Below, one piece after another: positions 30,835 through 39,080 of a stretch of DNA of 64,000 nucleotides (position 1 is the first letter of the stretch; every line of letters begins with the position of its first letter). Made by a program: the position numbers and the translations under genes. The notes below the pieces were generated by a model. It worked only from the letters and a program-made list of their open reading frames with translations, did no database searches and was not told the origin of the DNA. The DNA lies in the NCBI GenBank assembly GCA_044229445.1, contig JBGASX010000003.1, forward strand, positions 20,836 through 84,835. Direction: 5' to 3'. This DNA comes from Gemmatimonadales bacterium. Its GTDB lineage: Bacteria > Gemmatimonadota > Gemmatimonadetes > Gemmatimonadales > GWC2-71-9.

Positions 30835-31914
30835 ATGCGTATTGCCATCTCCACCGGCGGCGGGGACGCCCCCGGCCTCAACGCGGTCATCCGCGCCATC
30901 GTGCTCTCCGCGCACACCCGCGGCTGGCAGACCTACGGGATCCGTCGCGGCTATGGCGGCCTGCTGGGCAACGACGGGATCATGACGCTCACACCCGACA
31001 AGGTGCGTGGCATTACCCATCTCGGCGGCACCATCCTGGGCACGACCAATCGGGGAAATCCGTTCCGCTGGGCGGTGCAGGGGCCCGACGGCCAGGATGT
31101 CGAGGTGGACCGGTCGGACGACCTCATCGGCGCGTTCAACGCCAGCGGGTTCGACGCGCTCATCACGATCGGTGGTGACGGGAGTCTGAAGATCGGGTAC
31201 GATCTCTGGCGGAAGGGCCTGCCCGTGGTCGGCGTGCCGAAGACCATCGACAACGACGTGATGGGCACCCTCGCCACGTTCGGTTTCGACACGGCGGTGA
31301 GCACCGCGACCGAGGCGATCGACAAGCTGCACTCCACCACCGAGAGTCACGAGCGGGTGATGGTCGTGGAGCTGATGGGGCGGGACGCCGGGTGGATCGC
31401 GCTCAACAGCGGCATCTCGGCGAGCGCGGACGTGGTCCTGATTCCCGAGATTCCCTTCGATATCGAGAAGGTCTGCGCCAAGATCGTCGCCAGGGAACAG
31501 ACCGGCCGTCACTTCAGCATGGTCGTCGTCGGCGAGGGTGCCACGCCGCTTGGCGGGCACACGCTGCTGCTCGAGCGCCGGTCCGTCGGCACGGTGGACC
31601 GGCTGGGCGGCATCGGCTCGCTGGTGGCGCGCGCCATCCAGGAGCGGACCGGCAAGGAGACGCGGAGCCTCGTCCTCGGCCACCTGCAGCGTGGCGGATC
31701 GCCGACCACGTTCGACCGGCTGCTCGGGCTGCGCTTCGGCACGGCGGCGGTGCGCGCGGTCGCGGACCGGGCGTTCGGCGTGATGGTCGGCTACAACCCG
31801 CCCGCGATCGAACGGGTCCCGCTGCAGGACGTGATCGGCCGCTCGAAGCATGTCCCGCTCGATTCCGACACCGTCCTGACCGCCCGCGAACTGGGGATCA
31901 GTCTCGGCGATTGA
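30835..31914 (+). CDS. pfkA: 6-phosphofructokinase (ATP- or PPi-dependent, PfkA family)
   Basis: MRIAISTGGGDAPGLNAVIRA, ITIGGDGS, PKTIDND and VELMGRDAG. ATG 30835; the track's 30832 is a TTG one codon upstream. Confidence 0.9.
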   Translation: MRIAISTGGGDAPGLNAVIRAIVLSAHTRGWQTYGIRRGYGGLLGNDGIMTLTPDKVRGITHLGGTILGTTNRGNPFRWAVQGPDGQDVEVDRSDDLIGAFNASGFDALITIGGDGSLKIGYDLWRKGLPVVGVPKTIDNDVMGTLATFGFDTAVSTATEAIDKLHSTTESHERVMVVELMGRDAGWIALNSGISASADVVLIPEIPFDIEKVCAKIVAREQTGRHFSMVVVGEGATPLGGHTLLLERRSVGTVDRLGGIGSLVARAIQERTGKETRSLVLGHLQRGGSPTTFDRLLGLRFGTAAVRAVADRAFGVMVGYNPPAIERVPLQDVIGRSKHVPLDSDTVLTARELGISLGD

Positions 31915-32021
31915 GGCATGACGCAGGACCGCGCTGACAGAACGAGGGATCTCCGGCGGTGCCCGAGGAGGTCCCTCGCTCGTTTGCTCCCCCCGGACCA
32001 GCTCCCGCCTTACCTTCCGGC

Positions 32022-34070
32022 ATGACCAGACTCGCCTATCCCCCCTCCCGGCTCGATACCGCAGTCGAGGAACTCCACGGTGAACGGATCGCGGACCCCT
32101 ATCGCTGGCTCGAGGCCGGCGACAGCGAGGAGACGCGCCAGTGGACTGACGCACAGAACCGATGCACCAGGGCCTATCTCGACGCCGTGGCGGCGCGGCC
32201 GCTGATCCAGGAGCGCCTCGCCAAGCTGCTCACGATCGGCTCGCTGGGCGCCCCCACGCCGGCACGGGGGCGCTACTTCTACCAGCGGCGGGAGGGCACC
32301 CAGAACCAGCCCGTGCTCTACGTGCGGGACGGGCTGCAGGGGACCGACCGGGTGCTGCTCGACCCGAACGCGATGGATGCCGCGGGAACGACCGCACTCG
32401 ACTGGTACTTCCCGAGTGAGGACGGGCGGCTCCTCGCCTTCGGCCTGTCGGAGAACGGCACCGAAGAGAGCGTCCTGCAGGTCATGGACGTGGCGACCGG
32501 CGCCGTGCTGCCAGACCGCATTGCGCCGTGCCGCGCCGCCGACCTGGCCTGGATGCCTGACAATTCCGGCTTCTACTACACGCGGTATCCGAGGGAGGGC
32601 GAGGTGCCCGCCGAGGAGGCGCAGTATCATCGCGCCATCTACTTCCACGCGCTCGGTGCCGATCCGGCGACCGATGTGCTGATCTTCAAGCCGGAGGCCA
32701 AGGAACACTGGCCCGGGGTGAATCTCTCCCCCGACGGCCGCTGGCTGGTGGTGACGGTGGCCCGCACGTTCGACCAGACCGACCTCTATCTGCAGGACCG
32801 CGAGTCCGGCGGGGCACTGCTTCCCGTGGTCGTCGGGCTGCCGCATTCGTTCGAAGGCCAGGTGATCGGGAGCCGCTTCTACATCCGCACCAATCAGGAT
32901 GCGCCGAACTATCGCCTGTTCGTCACCGACCCGTCCGCGCCGGCCCGGGCGCAGTGGCGCGAGATCGTGCCGACCCGGCACGACGCCGTGCTCGACGGCA
33001 TCATGGTCACGCGCGACACGCTCGCGCTCTCGTACCTCGAGTCGGCGAGTTCGCGGCTCCGCCTCGCCGGTCTCGAGGGGGAACATCCGCGCGAGCTGAT
33101 GCTGCCCGCGATCGGCAGCCTCTTCGGCTGGGGGGCGGAACCGGACGGCAACGAGCTGTTCTACGGATTCTCGTCCTACACCGTGCCGCCGAGCATCTAC
33201 CGGATCGATCTGCAGACGCGTGAACAGACGCTGTGGCAGCGGGTGGAGGCCGACATCGCCCCGGAGCGTTTCGAGGTGCATCAGGTCCGCTACGCCTCGA
33301 AGGACGGGACCCCGGTCACGATGTTTCTGGTGCATCGCACGGGGCTGGTGCGGAACGGCGAGAATCCCGCCTACCTCACGGGTTACGGCGGATTCAACAT
33401 CAGCATGACGCCTTCGTTCTCGCGCTCGGTGCTCGCCTGGCTCGAGCAGGGCGGGGTGGTCGCGATCCCGAACCTCCGCGGCGGGGGCGAGTACGGCGAG
33501 GCCTGGCATGCGGCCGGAATGCTCGCAACGAAGCAGAACACCTTCGACGATTTCATCGCGGCGGCGGAGTACCTGATCCGGGAGCGTTACACCACGCCGT
33601 CGCGGCTCGCCATCGCCGGCGGGTCGAACGGCGGCCTGCTGATGGGCGCGGTCCTGACGCAGCGGCCCGATCTCTTCCGCGCCGTCGTCATCCAGGTTCC
33701 GCTGCTCGACATGCTGCGGTATCACCGGTTCCTGATCGCGCGGCTGTGGATCCCTGAATACGGCTCACCCGACGATCCGGAGCAGTTCCGCTGGCTTCGG
33801 GCCTATTCGCCCTATCATCACGTGCAGCCCGGGACGCCCTACCCCGCGGTGCTGCTCGCCACCGCCGAGAGCGACACCCGGGTCGATCCGCTGCACGCCC
33901 GCAAGATGGCGGCGCGACTCCAGGCGGCCTCGTCGTCGGACCGACCGATTCTGCTCCGCCTCGAGGGCCAGGCGGGGCACGGCGCGGGGAAGCCGGTGTC
34001 CAAGGTGCTGGAGGAGCTGATCGACACCTGGTGCTTCGTGGTGACGGAGCTGGGCGTCAGCTGGCGATGA
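32022..34070 (+). CDS. prolyl oligopeptidase (S9A family)
   Basis: ORF 31959..34070 trimmed to ATG 32022. DPYRWLE near the N-terminus, a beta-propeller domain, and catalytic GGSNGGLL. About 682 aa. Confidence 0.9.
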   Translation: MTRLAYPPSRLDTAVEELHGERIADPYRWLEAGDSEETRQWTDAQNRCTRAYLDAVAARPLIQERLAKLLTIGSLGAPTPARGRYFYQRREGTQNQPVLYVRDGLQGTDRVLLDPNAMDAAGTTALDWYFPSEDGRLLAFGLSENGTEESVLQVMDVATGAVLPDRIAPCRAADLAWMPDNSGFYYTRYPREGEVPAEEAQYHRAIYFHALGADPATDVLIFKPEAKEHWPGVNLSPDGRWLVVTVARTFDQTDLYLQDRESGGALLPVVVGLPHSFEGQVIGSRFYIRTNQDAPNYRLFVTDPSAPARAQWREIVPTRHDAVLDGIMVTRDTLALSYLESASSRLRLAGLEGEHPRELMLPAIGSLFGWGAEPDGNELFYGFSSYTVPPSIYRIDLQTREQTLWQRVEADIAPERFEVHQVRYASKDGTPVTMFLVHRTGLVRNGENPAYLTGYGGFNISMTPSFSRSVLAWLEQGGVVAIPNLRGGGEYGEAWHAAGMLATKQNTFDDFIAAAEYLIRERYTTPSRLAIAGGSNGGLLMGAVLTQRPDLFRAVVIQVPLLDMLRYHRFLIARLWIPEYGSPDDPEQFRWLRAYSPYHHVQPGTPYPAVLLATAESDTRVDPLHARKMAARLQAASSSDRPILLRLEGQAGHGAGKPVSKVLEELIDTWCFVVTELGVSWR

Positions 34071-34181
34071 CAGCCGGCTGACGTGCTATCGGGAGCGCGA
34101 CGGCCACTGTAACTTGGTCGGCGCTCTTCCCTCGGATGGTCCGTTGGCCAGCGATTCCTGGCCGCACAGGAGCTTCCCTCG

Positions 34182-34727
34182 ATGACCTCTGCCACCGCCC
34201 CGACACCCATCGACATGTCGCACCCCAGCCGGTGGCTGGCGGTGCTCCGCATCCTGGTGGGTCTCTGGTTTCTGAAGGCCCTCACCACCAAGCTCGACTT
34301 CGTGCTCCTCGGCGGGTTCTTCCCCTTCGTGGGGGTCGAACCGCGGTGGATCGAGATGATGCCGAACATCCTCGCCAAGCAGATCGCGGACAACCCGATC
34401 CTCTGGTACAAGAGCTTTCTCGAGAACACCGTCGTTCCCAACAGCGTGCTCTTCGCGCAGCTGACGGCGTGGGGCGAGGTCCTGGTCGGGCTCTCACTGG
34501 TCACCGGCTGCGTCGCCGGACTCGGCGCGCTCGGCGGCCTCTGGCTGAGCGTCAACTACGGTCTGGCGTCTGCCCACCTCTCCAATGCGTCGCTCGGCTT
34601 CCACTACATGCTGGTCATCACGATGATCACGCTCTTCCTGGCCCGCTCGGGCCGGGCGTGGGGGCTGGATGCGTGGATCGCATGGCGCTGGCCGGGCACC
34701 CTGCTGGCGAAACGGCCGATCGCCTAG
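34182..34727 (+). CDS. DoxX-like integral membrane protein
   Basis: 181 aa with four hydrophobic helices (WLAVLRILVGLWFL..., AWGEVLVGLSLVTG...). The family call is tentative. Confidence 0.55.
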   Translation: MTSATAPTPIDMSHPSRWLAVLRILVGLWFLKALTTKLDFVLLGGFFPFVGVEPRWIEMMPNILAKQIADNPILWYKSFLENTVVPNSVLFAQLTAWGEVLVGLSLVTGCVAGLGALGGLWLSVNYGLASAHLSNASLGFHYMLVITMITLFLARSGRAWGLDAWIAWRWPGTLLAKRPIA

Positions 34728-34781
34728 GGGCGACCGGCCGTTTCACGCGGCGTGATCCAGGGGGCGTCCGGCAGGGCGCCC

Positions 34782-35867
34782 CTATGGCTTGGGCCCGATG
34801 GCGATGCCCCACGGCACCGAGCCCGCGGGGACCAGCTTCAGCACCTTGAGTGTCGCCGCGTCGATGACGCTCACGTCATTCCCCGGTCCGTTGGCGGTAT
34901 AGAGCTTCTTCCCGTCCGCCGTCAGGCCGATCCCCCAGGGCCGCATCCCCACCTCGCCCGTCGCCACGACGGAATCGGTGGCGGGATCGATCACCGACAC
35001 CGTCTTGCCGCGGCCGTTCGAGACGTAGATCCGCTTGCCGTCCGCCGTGACGAGGATTCCCATCGGTCGGGATCCCTCGGGCATGGTGATCTGCTTGATC
35101 GTCTTCTTCGCGGCGATGTCCACGACCGAGACGGTGCCGCTGACCTCGTTCGTCACGTAGGCGCGCTCGCCCGAGGGCAGGAAGCCGATGCCGCGGGGGC
35201 GCTTGCCGAGAATGTCGATGTTGGCGATGGCCTTGCCGGTCGCCAGGTCGATTCCGGTGATGTCGTGATCGGTCTCGCCGGTGACCCAGACGCTCTTGCC
35301 GTCCGGCGCCAGCGTCACCCCTTCCGGCTCCTTGCCCACCTTGATGTTGGCGATGGCCTTGCCTGACGCGACATCCACGATCGTCGCGGAGTCCGCATCC
35401 TCGTTCGACACGAACAGGCGCGCGCCGTCCTGGCTCACGTCGAACGTTTCCGGGTCGAGGCCGCCCGGGAGGGTCTTGATGGTCTTCCGCGTCGCCACGT
35501 CGACCACCGCCACGCCGTCCTTGCTGCGATCGCTCTGCAGCTTGGCGCAGTCGGCGTCCGGCATCGTCGGCGGACACTTGGGGGATCCGCTGAGCGCGAC
35601 GTAGACCGTCTTGCCGTCCGGGCTCACCCGGACGCCGCGCGGACGCGTCCCGACCTCGATGGTGGCGACGACGCTGTCGGTGCCGGCATCGATGACGGTG
35701 AGGTTGCGCGAGTCCTCGTTGGACACGTAGACCAGCTCACCGCCGCCGCCGGCGGCACTCAGCGTGGAACCGGGCTCGGCCGATGGCGCGGCCTTGTCGC
35801 CGGACCGGCCACAGCCGCCGAGGGTGAGGGTGAGCAGCAGCAGCGAACCCGCAGGAGAATGTCGCAT
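34782..35867 (-). CDS. YVTN-repeat beta-propeller lipoprotein (PQQ-dehydrogenase-associated type)
   Basis: 361 aa. Lipobox LLTLTLGGC|G. Repeated units ...VYVSNEDSRNLTVIDAGTDSVVATIEVGTRPRGV, RLFVSNEDADSATIVD, AYVTNEVSGTVSVVD, IYVSNGRGKTVSVID and LYTANGPGNDVSVID. Confidence 0.8.
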   Translation of the reverse strand: MRHSPAGSLLLLTLTLGGCGRSGDKAAPSAEPGSTLSAAGGGGELVYVSNEDSRNLTVIDAGTDSVVATIEVGTRPRGVRVSPDGKTVYVALSGSPKCPPTMPDADCAKLQSDRSKDGVAVVDVATRKTIKTLPGGLDPETFDVSQDGARLFVSNEDADSATIVDVASGKAIANIKVGKEPEGVTLAPDGKSVWVTGETDHDITGIDLATGKAIANIDILGKRPRGIGFLPSGERAYVTNEVSGTVSVVDIAAKKTIKQITMPEGSRPMGILVTADGKRIYVSNGRGKTVSVIDPATDSVVATGEVGMRPWGIGLTADGKKLYTANGPGNDVSVIDAATLKVLKLVPAGSVPWGIAIGPKP

Positions 35868-35894
35868 GAAGAACCAGGCCTTGAATCGAAGAGG

Positions 35895-36548
35895 TTATGG
35901 TCGCTGTGCCGGGCGTCCGGCCGCGATCTTCCCGTCGGCCCGGCCCTTCACGTACTGGTAGATCTGCTCGATCTTGTTCATTTCGAGCCCGAGCGCGCAC
36001 CACGAGGGCATCCCCTTGTCGAGGCGGCCCGCGCATACGGTGGTGACGAACATCTCCTTCGTCGGAATCGTCCCGCCTTCCTTCAGCGAGACCACGAGGG
36101 CCGGGGCGAAGGTGGTGCCGACTGCGTATTCCCCGTGACAGCGCGAGCAGTTGAGCTCGAACTGCTTCCAGCCCTGATAGGTGTCGAAGTCGAGCGTGTC
36201 CTTCGGCGCCGGGTGCCATGGATCCTGGGCGGCCGGCGTGGCCGGGGCGGGCGCCGCCGCCACTGGTGCCGGAGTCGGGGACCCGGTCGCAGGGGTTGGC
36301 GTGGCCACCACCGGCTTCGGGGCGGGCCTGGCCGCCGGGCTCGAGGGTGTGGCCGGCTTCACCGCCACGGGACTCGGCTGGACCGGAGTCGAGTCGACTG
36401 GCGCGGGTGCGACCGCAGCCGGGGCGGGCGCCGAGTCGATGGCTGTCCGTGGGGCCTGCGCGGTGTCTTGTGAGGCGGTGCGATCGGCCCTCGGTCCGCA
36501 GGCGGTCAGCAGGGCCAGTCCGAGAGCTGCCAGCATGAGCTTGGGCAT
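35895..36548 (-). CDS. XoxG-like 4-Cys cytochrome c, lipoprotein with ~100-aa Pro/Ala/Thr-rich tether
   Basis: 217 aa. Lipobox LALLTAC|G and a long low-complexity PA-rich linker. The C-terminal domain DTYQGWKQFELNCSRCHGEYAVG...VCAGRLDKGMPSWCALGLEM...YVKGRADGKIAAGRP is paralogous to 37509..37943. Confidence 0.8.
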   Translation of the reverse strand: MPKLMLAALGLALLTACGPRADRTASQDTAQAPRTAIDSAPAPAAVAPAPVDSTPVQPSPVAVKPATPSSPAARPAPKPVVATPTPATGSPTPAPVAAAPAPATPAAQDPWHPAPKDTLDFDTYQGWKQFELNCSRCHGEYAVGTTFAPALVVSLKEGGTIPTKEMFVTTVCAGRLDKGMPSWCALGLEMNKIEQIYQYVKGRADGKIAAGRPAQRP

Positions 36549-36557
36549 GCGATTACC

Positions 36558-37418
36558 TCACTGATCGAAGATCGCCTTGCTGCGGTTGCGTGCGTCGTCG
36601 AGGCCGCGGATCGAGCCCACGCCGATGGCGCCCGAGAAGATCGCCCCATTCACGTCGGCGAACTTGAGATTCAGGTTCGTGACATCCGCGCCGCTGAAGT
36701 CCGTCTGCACCAGATCGGCGTTGCCGAGGTCCGCACCGGCCAGGTGGGCGCCATTCAGCCGGGCGTAGGAGAAGTCGGCCTTGTAGAGATTGGCGCCGCT
36801 CAGGTCGGCGTCGGTCAGGTCGGCGAGAACGAACTGTGCCCGCATCACCCCCATCGACTGATTGCCGGGATCGGCGCCGATGTTGGCGCCGGCCAGATTG
36901 GCTCCCGTCAGATTCGCTTTCCGGAGGAGGCCGATGATCCGGGTCTCGCGGAGGTCGGCGCCGCTCAGGTCGGCGGCTTCGATGATCGTCGCGAAAAGGC
37001 TCGCCTTGTACAGATTGGCCTGGTGCAGATTGGCGCGCCGGAGGGTGGAGACGTCGAGGTTGGCCCCGCTGAAGTTCGCGCCCGGCGCGACGGCGTCGGT
37101 GAGATCGCAGGAGAAGAGGTTCGCGCCATCGAACCGCGCGCCGTCGAGGCGAGCGCCGGTCAGATTGGCCTTGTGGAAGTCGACGCCACGGAGATCGAGG
37201 CCGCGGAGGTCGAGGCCGGTGAGATCGGGGACGCCGTCCGTGACGGAGGCGACGTAGGCCTTGATGTGCGCGCTGGTGCGGAGGGAGTCGACGGCCGGGC
37301 GCGTGGCGGTCTGACCGGCCGCCGCCCCCATCGGCGCCATGCCACCCGCATCCTGCGCCGCCGTGCTGCGGACACCGGCAAAGAGAAGGGTGCAGGCGAG
37401 GAGCGGGGTGAGGCGCAT
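36558..37418 (-). CDS. secreted pentapeptide-repeat protein
   Basis: 286 aa. Signal peptide MRLTPLLACTLLFAGVRSTAAQ, then ~40 consecutive A(D/N)LxG-type pentapeptides (LRGLDLRGVDFHKANLTGARLDGARFDGANLFSCDLTDA...). Confidence 0.9.
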   Translation of the reverse strand: MRLTPLLACTLLFAGVRSTAAQDAGGMAPMGAAAGQTATRPAVDSLRTSAHIKAYVASVTDGVPDLTGLDLRGLDLRGVDFHKANLTGARLDGARFDGANLFSCDLTDAVAPGANFSGANLDVSTLRRANLHQANLYKASLFATIIEAADLSGADLRETRIIGLLRKANLTGANLAGANIGADPGNQSMGVMRAQFVLADLTDADLSGANLYKADFSYARLNGAHLAGADLGNADLVQTDFSGADVTNLNLKFADVNGAIFSGAIGVGSIRGLDDARNRSKAIFDQ

Positions 37419-37449
37419 GGCGGACTCCAGCGGTGGGCCGGAAATGACT

Positions 37450-37474
37450 GGGGCCGCGGCAACGCCGCGGCCCC
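37450..37474 (-). terminator. intra-cluster hairpin between xoxG and the pentapeptide-repeat gene
   Basis: Perfect 11-bp stem GGGGCCGCGGC / GCCGCGGCCCC with loop AAC. No U-tract, so a likely attenuator or processing site. Confidence 0.5.
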
Positions 37475-37508
37475 CAGAATCTAGCGGTATGTCCCGGTGC
37501 CCGGCGGG

Positions 37509-37943
37509 CTAGCCCTCAGCCTTCAGCATCGGGCGACCGGCACTGATCTTCCCGTCCGCTCGGCCCTTCACGTACTTGTAGATGCGCTGGATCTTGTCCA
37601 TCTCGAGGCCCAGGGCGCACCAGGACGGCATCCCCTTGTCGGGACGGCCCGCGCAGACGACGGTGATGAAGGCCGGCTCGTCCGGGATCGGGCCACCGGC
37701 CTTGAGCGAGACCACGAGCGCGGGTGCGAACGAACTGCCGACTGCGTACTCGCCGTGGCAGCGGGAGCAGTTGAGTTCGAACTGCTTCCAGCCCTGATAG
37801 GTGTCGTTGTCGATCGTGTCCCGCGGCTGCGGGTGGTACGCGTCATTGACCTGCTGGGCGGCCGCGGTGGCCACCGCGAGAGTGAGCGCCAAGCTCGAAA
37901 CGACCAGGGCGCGGCCAATCGTGCGCAAAACTGACGTCCTCAT
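37509..37943 (-). CDS. xoxG: XoxG-like periplasmic 4-Cys cytochrome c (methanol-dehydrogenase electron acceptor type)
   Basis: 144 aa. Signal peptide ...LAVATAAAQQ, haem site NCSRCH, Met ligand region DKGMPSW, and an extra Cys pair (VCAGR...SWCALG). Confidence 0.75.
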   Translation of the reverse strand: MRTSVLRTIGRALVVSSLALTLAVATAAAQQVNDAYHPQPRDTIDNDTYQGWKQFELNCSRCHGEYAVGSSFAPALVVSLKAGGPIPDEPAFITVVCAGRPDKGMPSWCALGLEMDKIQRIYKYVKGRADGKISAGRPMLKAEG

Positions 37944-38014
37944 CGCAGTGCACGTTCCTTTCCAAGTTGGTGAGCGCCGACCCCGCCATCGCTCGGCCGG
38001 ACTGGGGCAATAAT

Positions 38015-38887
38015 CTACCTGGCCGATCCGGCCGGTGCTCCCTTCGCGACGGAGTCGGAAGGGAGAGGAAGCACGGGAATCCCGTACTGCTGGAGCAGGC
38101 CGCGGATCTCCGGAGCCTTCGCATCGAGAAACTTCTGGAGGCTGTCGCGGAGCGCGACATCCCGGCGGCGCACGCCCATGCCCATGCTGTAGGCAAAGGG
38201 GATGCCGCTGAGGCTGTCGTCCGCAACGGGCGTCAGCACGACATCGGCCCCGAGCTGCTTGGCCCAGTAGCCGGCGATCGGTCCCCAGACGATGGCGACG
38301 TCGATCGAGTCGTTCATGACGGCCTTGATGATGTCGGAGGGCTGGTTCTGGCCTCCGGCGTAGGTGGTGCTGAAGCCCTCGAGGTTGCCCACCACGCCAT
38401 GCGCGGAGAGGGCCATCGCTGGGGGAGTGTTCTCGCCATCGGCCGCGAAGAGGTGGACGCCGATGCGCATCGTCTTGAGGGCGGGATCATCCAGCCCGGT
38501 TACGAGGTGCGCGGCATTCTTCCGCTGGACGATCACGTAGCTGGTGCGATAGTAGGGTCGGGTGACGCCGGCCATGTCGAAGCCGGTCGGGACCTGGAGG
38601 AAGACATCGCAGTACAGGCCGTTGAGCATCCGCATCATGCCCCGCGGTGCGGCCCACCAGGTGTATTCGAGCTTGGAGTTCCAGGTCGTCGCCAGCAGTT
38701 CGGCAATCTTGTTTTCGAACCCTTCACCGCCGCGGTTCGAGTTGGGGAGATTGTCGGGATCGGAGCAGACCCGGAGGATGCCGGGCTGCATCTGGGCCGG
38801 CCGCTGCGCGGCGGCGGGCACGGCGAGACCGATGACCATGAGGGGGGTCAGCAGTAGCGCACCGCAGAGTCGTCGAGAAGCCGTCAT
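38015..38887 (-). CDS. xoxJ: XoxJ/MxaJ-like periplasmic solute-binding-fold protein
   Basis: 290 aa. Signal peptide, then GILRVCSDPDNLPNSNRGGEGFENKIAELLA, typical of MoxJ-type quinoprotein-dehydrogenase-associated binding proteins. It lies directly downstream of xoxF. Confidence 0.7.
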   Translation of the reverse strand: MTASRRLCGALLLTPLMVIGLAVPAAAQRPAQMQPGILRVCSDPDNLPNSNRGGEGFENKIAELLATTWNSKLEYTWWAAPRGMMRMLNGLYCDVFLQVPTGFDMAGVTRPYYRTSYVIVQRKNAAHLVTGLDDPALKTMRIGVHLFAADGENTPPAMALSAHGVVGNLEGFSTTYAGGQNQPSDIIKAVMNDSIDVAIVWGPIAGYWAKQLGADVVLTPVADDSLSGIPFAYSMGMGVRRRDVALRDSLQKFLDAKAPEIRGLLQQYGIPVLPLPSDSVAKGAPAGSAR

Positions 38888-38977
38888 GCCGTGGTGTACC
38901 CCGTGCAGCCGAGAGGGGATCCCCGCCGAAGGAGAGAAGGCGCCACCGGCGCCCGGGATTCGGCCTTCAGGGGACAG

Positions 38978-39008
38978 GACAGGGGCGGGTCAGTGACCCG
39001 CCCCTGTC
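38978..39008 (-). terminator. second of two strong hairpins 3' of xoxF
   Basis: Perfect 14-bp inverted repeat GACAGGGGCGGGTC / GACCCGCCCCTGTC separated by 3 nt. Confidence 0.55.
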
Positions 39009-39042
39009 TTTCAAGCTATCCGGACTGTCGTGCCTCGGGATA

Positions 39043-39064
39043 GGGCCAAGGCATGCCTTGGCCC
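39043..39064 (-). terminator. first hairpin 3' of xoxF (perfect 22-nt palindrome)
   Basis: GGGCCAAGGCATGCCTTGGCCC lies 17 nt after the xoxF TAA. Flanking GGGATA/CATCCC can extend the stem. Confidence 0.55.
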
Positions 39065-39080
39065 CATCCCCCGGTTCGGA

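Noticed and set aside
36230-36480. GC-rich low-complexity tract (GCC/CCG/ACC-rich) inside 35895..36548.
   Set aside because: It encodes the Pro/Ala/Thr linker of the tethered cytochrome c. It is not a non-coding repeat element.
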